Assembly (NCBI GenBank): GCA_014896375.1
Contig: JADBKN010000020.1
Location: 16,263 to 80,262 of the forward strand
Length of the DNA stretch: 64,000 nt
Reading direction: 5' to 3'
Source of the DNA: Bacillota bacterium
GTDB taxonomy: Bacteria; Bacillota; Sulfobacillia; RBS10-35; Bu92
The position numbers and the translations under genes are program-made. How positions within the stretch are numbered: position 1 is the first letter of the stretch; each line of letters starts with the position of its first letter. Below are positions 63,527 to 64,000 of the stretch, in pieces. The notes under the pieces were generated by a model. It did no database searches. It saw only the letters and a program-made list of their open reading frames with translations, and was not told the DNA's origin.

Positions 63527-64000
63527 AGCGCCGGTCGCGCAGCCAGGCCTCCACCTTGCGGCGGAAGTCCGGATCGACGTCGACGAGCTCCACGCGCTCC
63601 GGCTGCAGGGCGTGCAGGAGCGAGAGCGCGAGGTCCTCGCGCCCCAGTTCCAGCCGCGGGTCGAGGAAGCCGGCGAGATACTCGCGGTAGCGCTCCACGC
63701 CGGAGGCGTCCTTGACGACGAGCCGCGGGCCGGCGCCCTCGATCACGAGTTCCCGCACCGGCTCCCGGCGGAGCTCCCGAAACTGCTCGAACGCGCGGCG
63801 CAGGCGCAGGGCGCGCAGGCCGGCGCGCGCCAGCTCGGCGACGATCGCCTGGAACGTGCGGCGCCCACGGAACCGCATCCAGCCCTCAATGGACAGCGTG
63901 CCGCGCTCTTCCAGCGTGGGGCGCAAGAGCGCCTGGGTGCCCCGCGTGAAGTCCGGGCGCTCGAACACGGCGAGGTTTTCGTGGAACACCTCGAGGCGGT
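63468..64000 (-). CDS. hypothetical protein (frame stays open to the right window edge; GTG at 63989 is a possible start)
   Basis: ORF 63468..63989 has non-shadow composition in parts (FHENLAVFERPDFTRGTQALL...). I recognise no family. It overlaps the permease 3' end convergently by 59 nt. Confidence 0.4.
   Translation of the reverse strand, partial: RLEVFHENLAVFERPDFTRGTQALLRPTLEERGTLSIEGWMRFRGRRTFQAIVAELARAGLRALRLRRAFEQFRELRREPVRELVIEGAGPRLVVKDASGVERYREYLAGFLDPRLELGREDLALSLLHALQPERVELVDVDPDFRRKVEAWLRDRRFTFRSEAARAPEPEDARGE

Overview
This is a 64-kb window from a very GC-rich genome with Firmicutes-like gene order: recO..glyQ-glyS-PDRP-ppdK, tsaE-tsaB-rimI..tsaD, acpS-nnr-alr, cdaA-cdaR-glmM-[glmS ribozyme]-glmS, and rex. 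Nearly all real genes lie on the minus strand. Most long plus-strand ORFs in the track are Arg/Ala/Gly/Pro-rich antisense shadows, and many track ORFs carry spurious N-terminal extensions; I trimmed those using Shine-Dalgarno sites and conserved N-termini. Three regions stand out. (1) 15.9-26.2 kb holds a compact minus-strand cluster with its own promoter-like element. It encodes four membrane or membrane-anchored proteins that I cannot assign to any family. They are followed by two paralogous modules, each a GlmL/MutL-like ASKHA ATPase plus a ~400-aa beta-barrel-rich partner plus a small helical protein. No B12 mutase, dehydratase or other known GlmL client appears anywhere in the window, and this cluster is my best candidate for an undescribed system. 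(2) 45.5-54.1 kb is an accessory island bounded by a perfect 355-bp direct repeat. It contains nested IS3, IS21, IS256 and IS5-like elements, a decayed clpX paralog, an orphan low-GC gene and gene remnants. (3) 11.05-11.78 kb is a ~0.7-kb MITE-like element with 25-bp terminal inverted repeats and 9-bp flanking direct repeats. It carries four copies of a ~23-bp palindrome and interrupts the otherwise conserved tsaEB-rimI-tsaD block. I found no rRNA, tRNA or CRISPR array. All family assignments come from motif recognition by eye; no database search was run.
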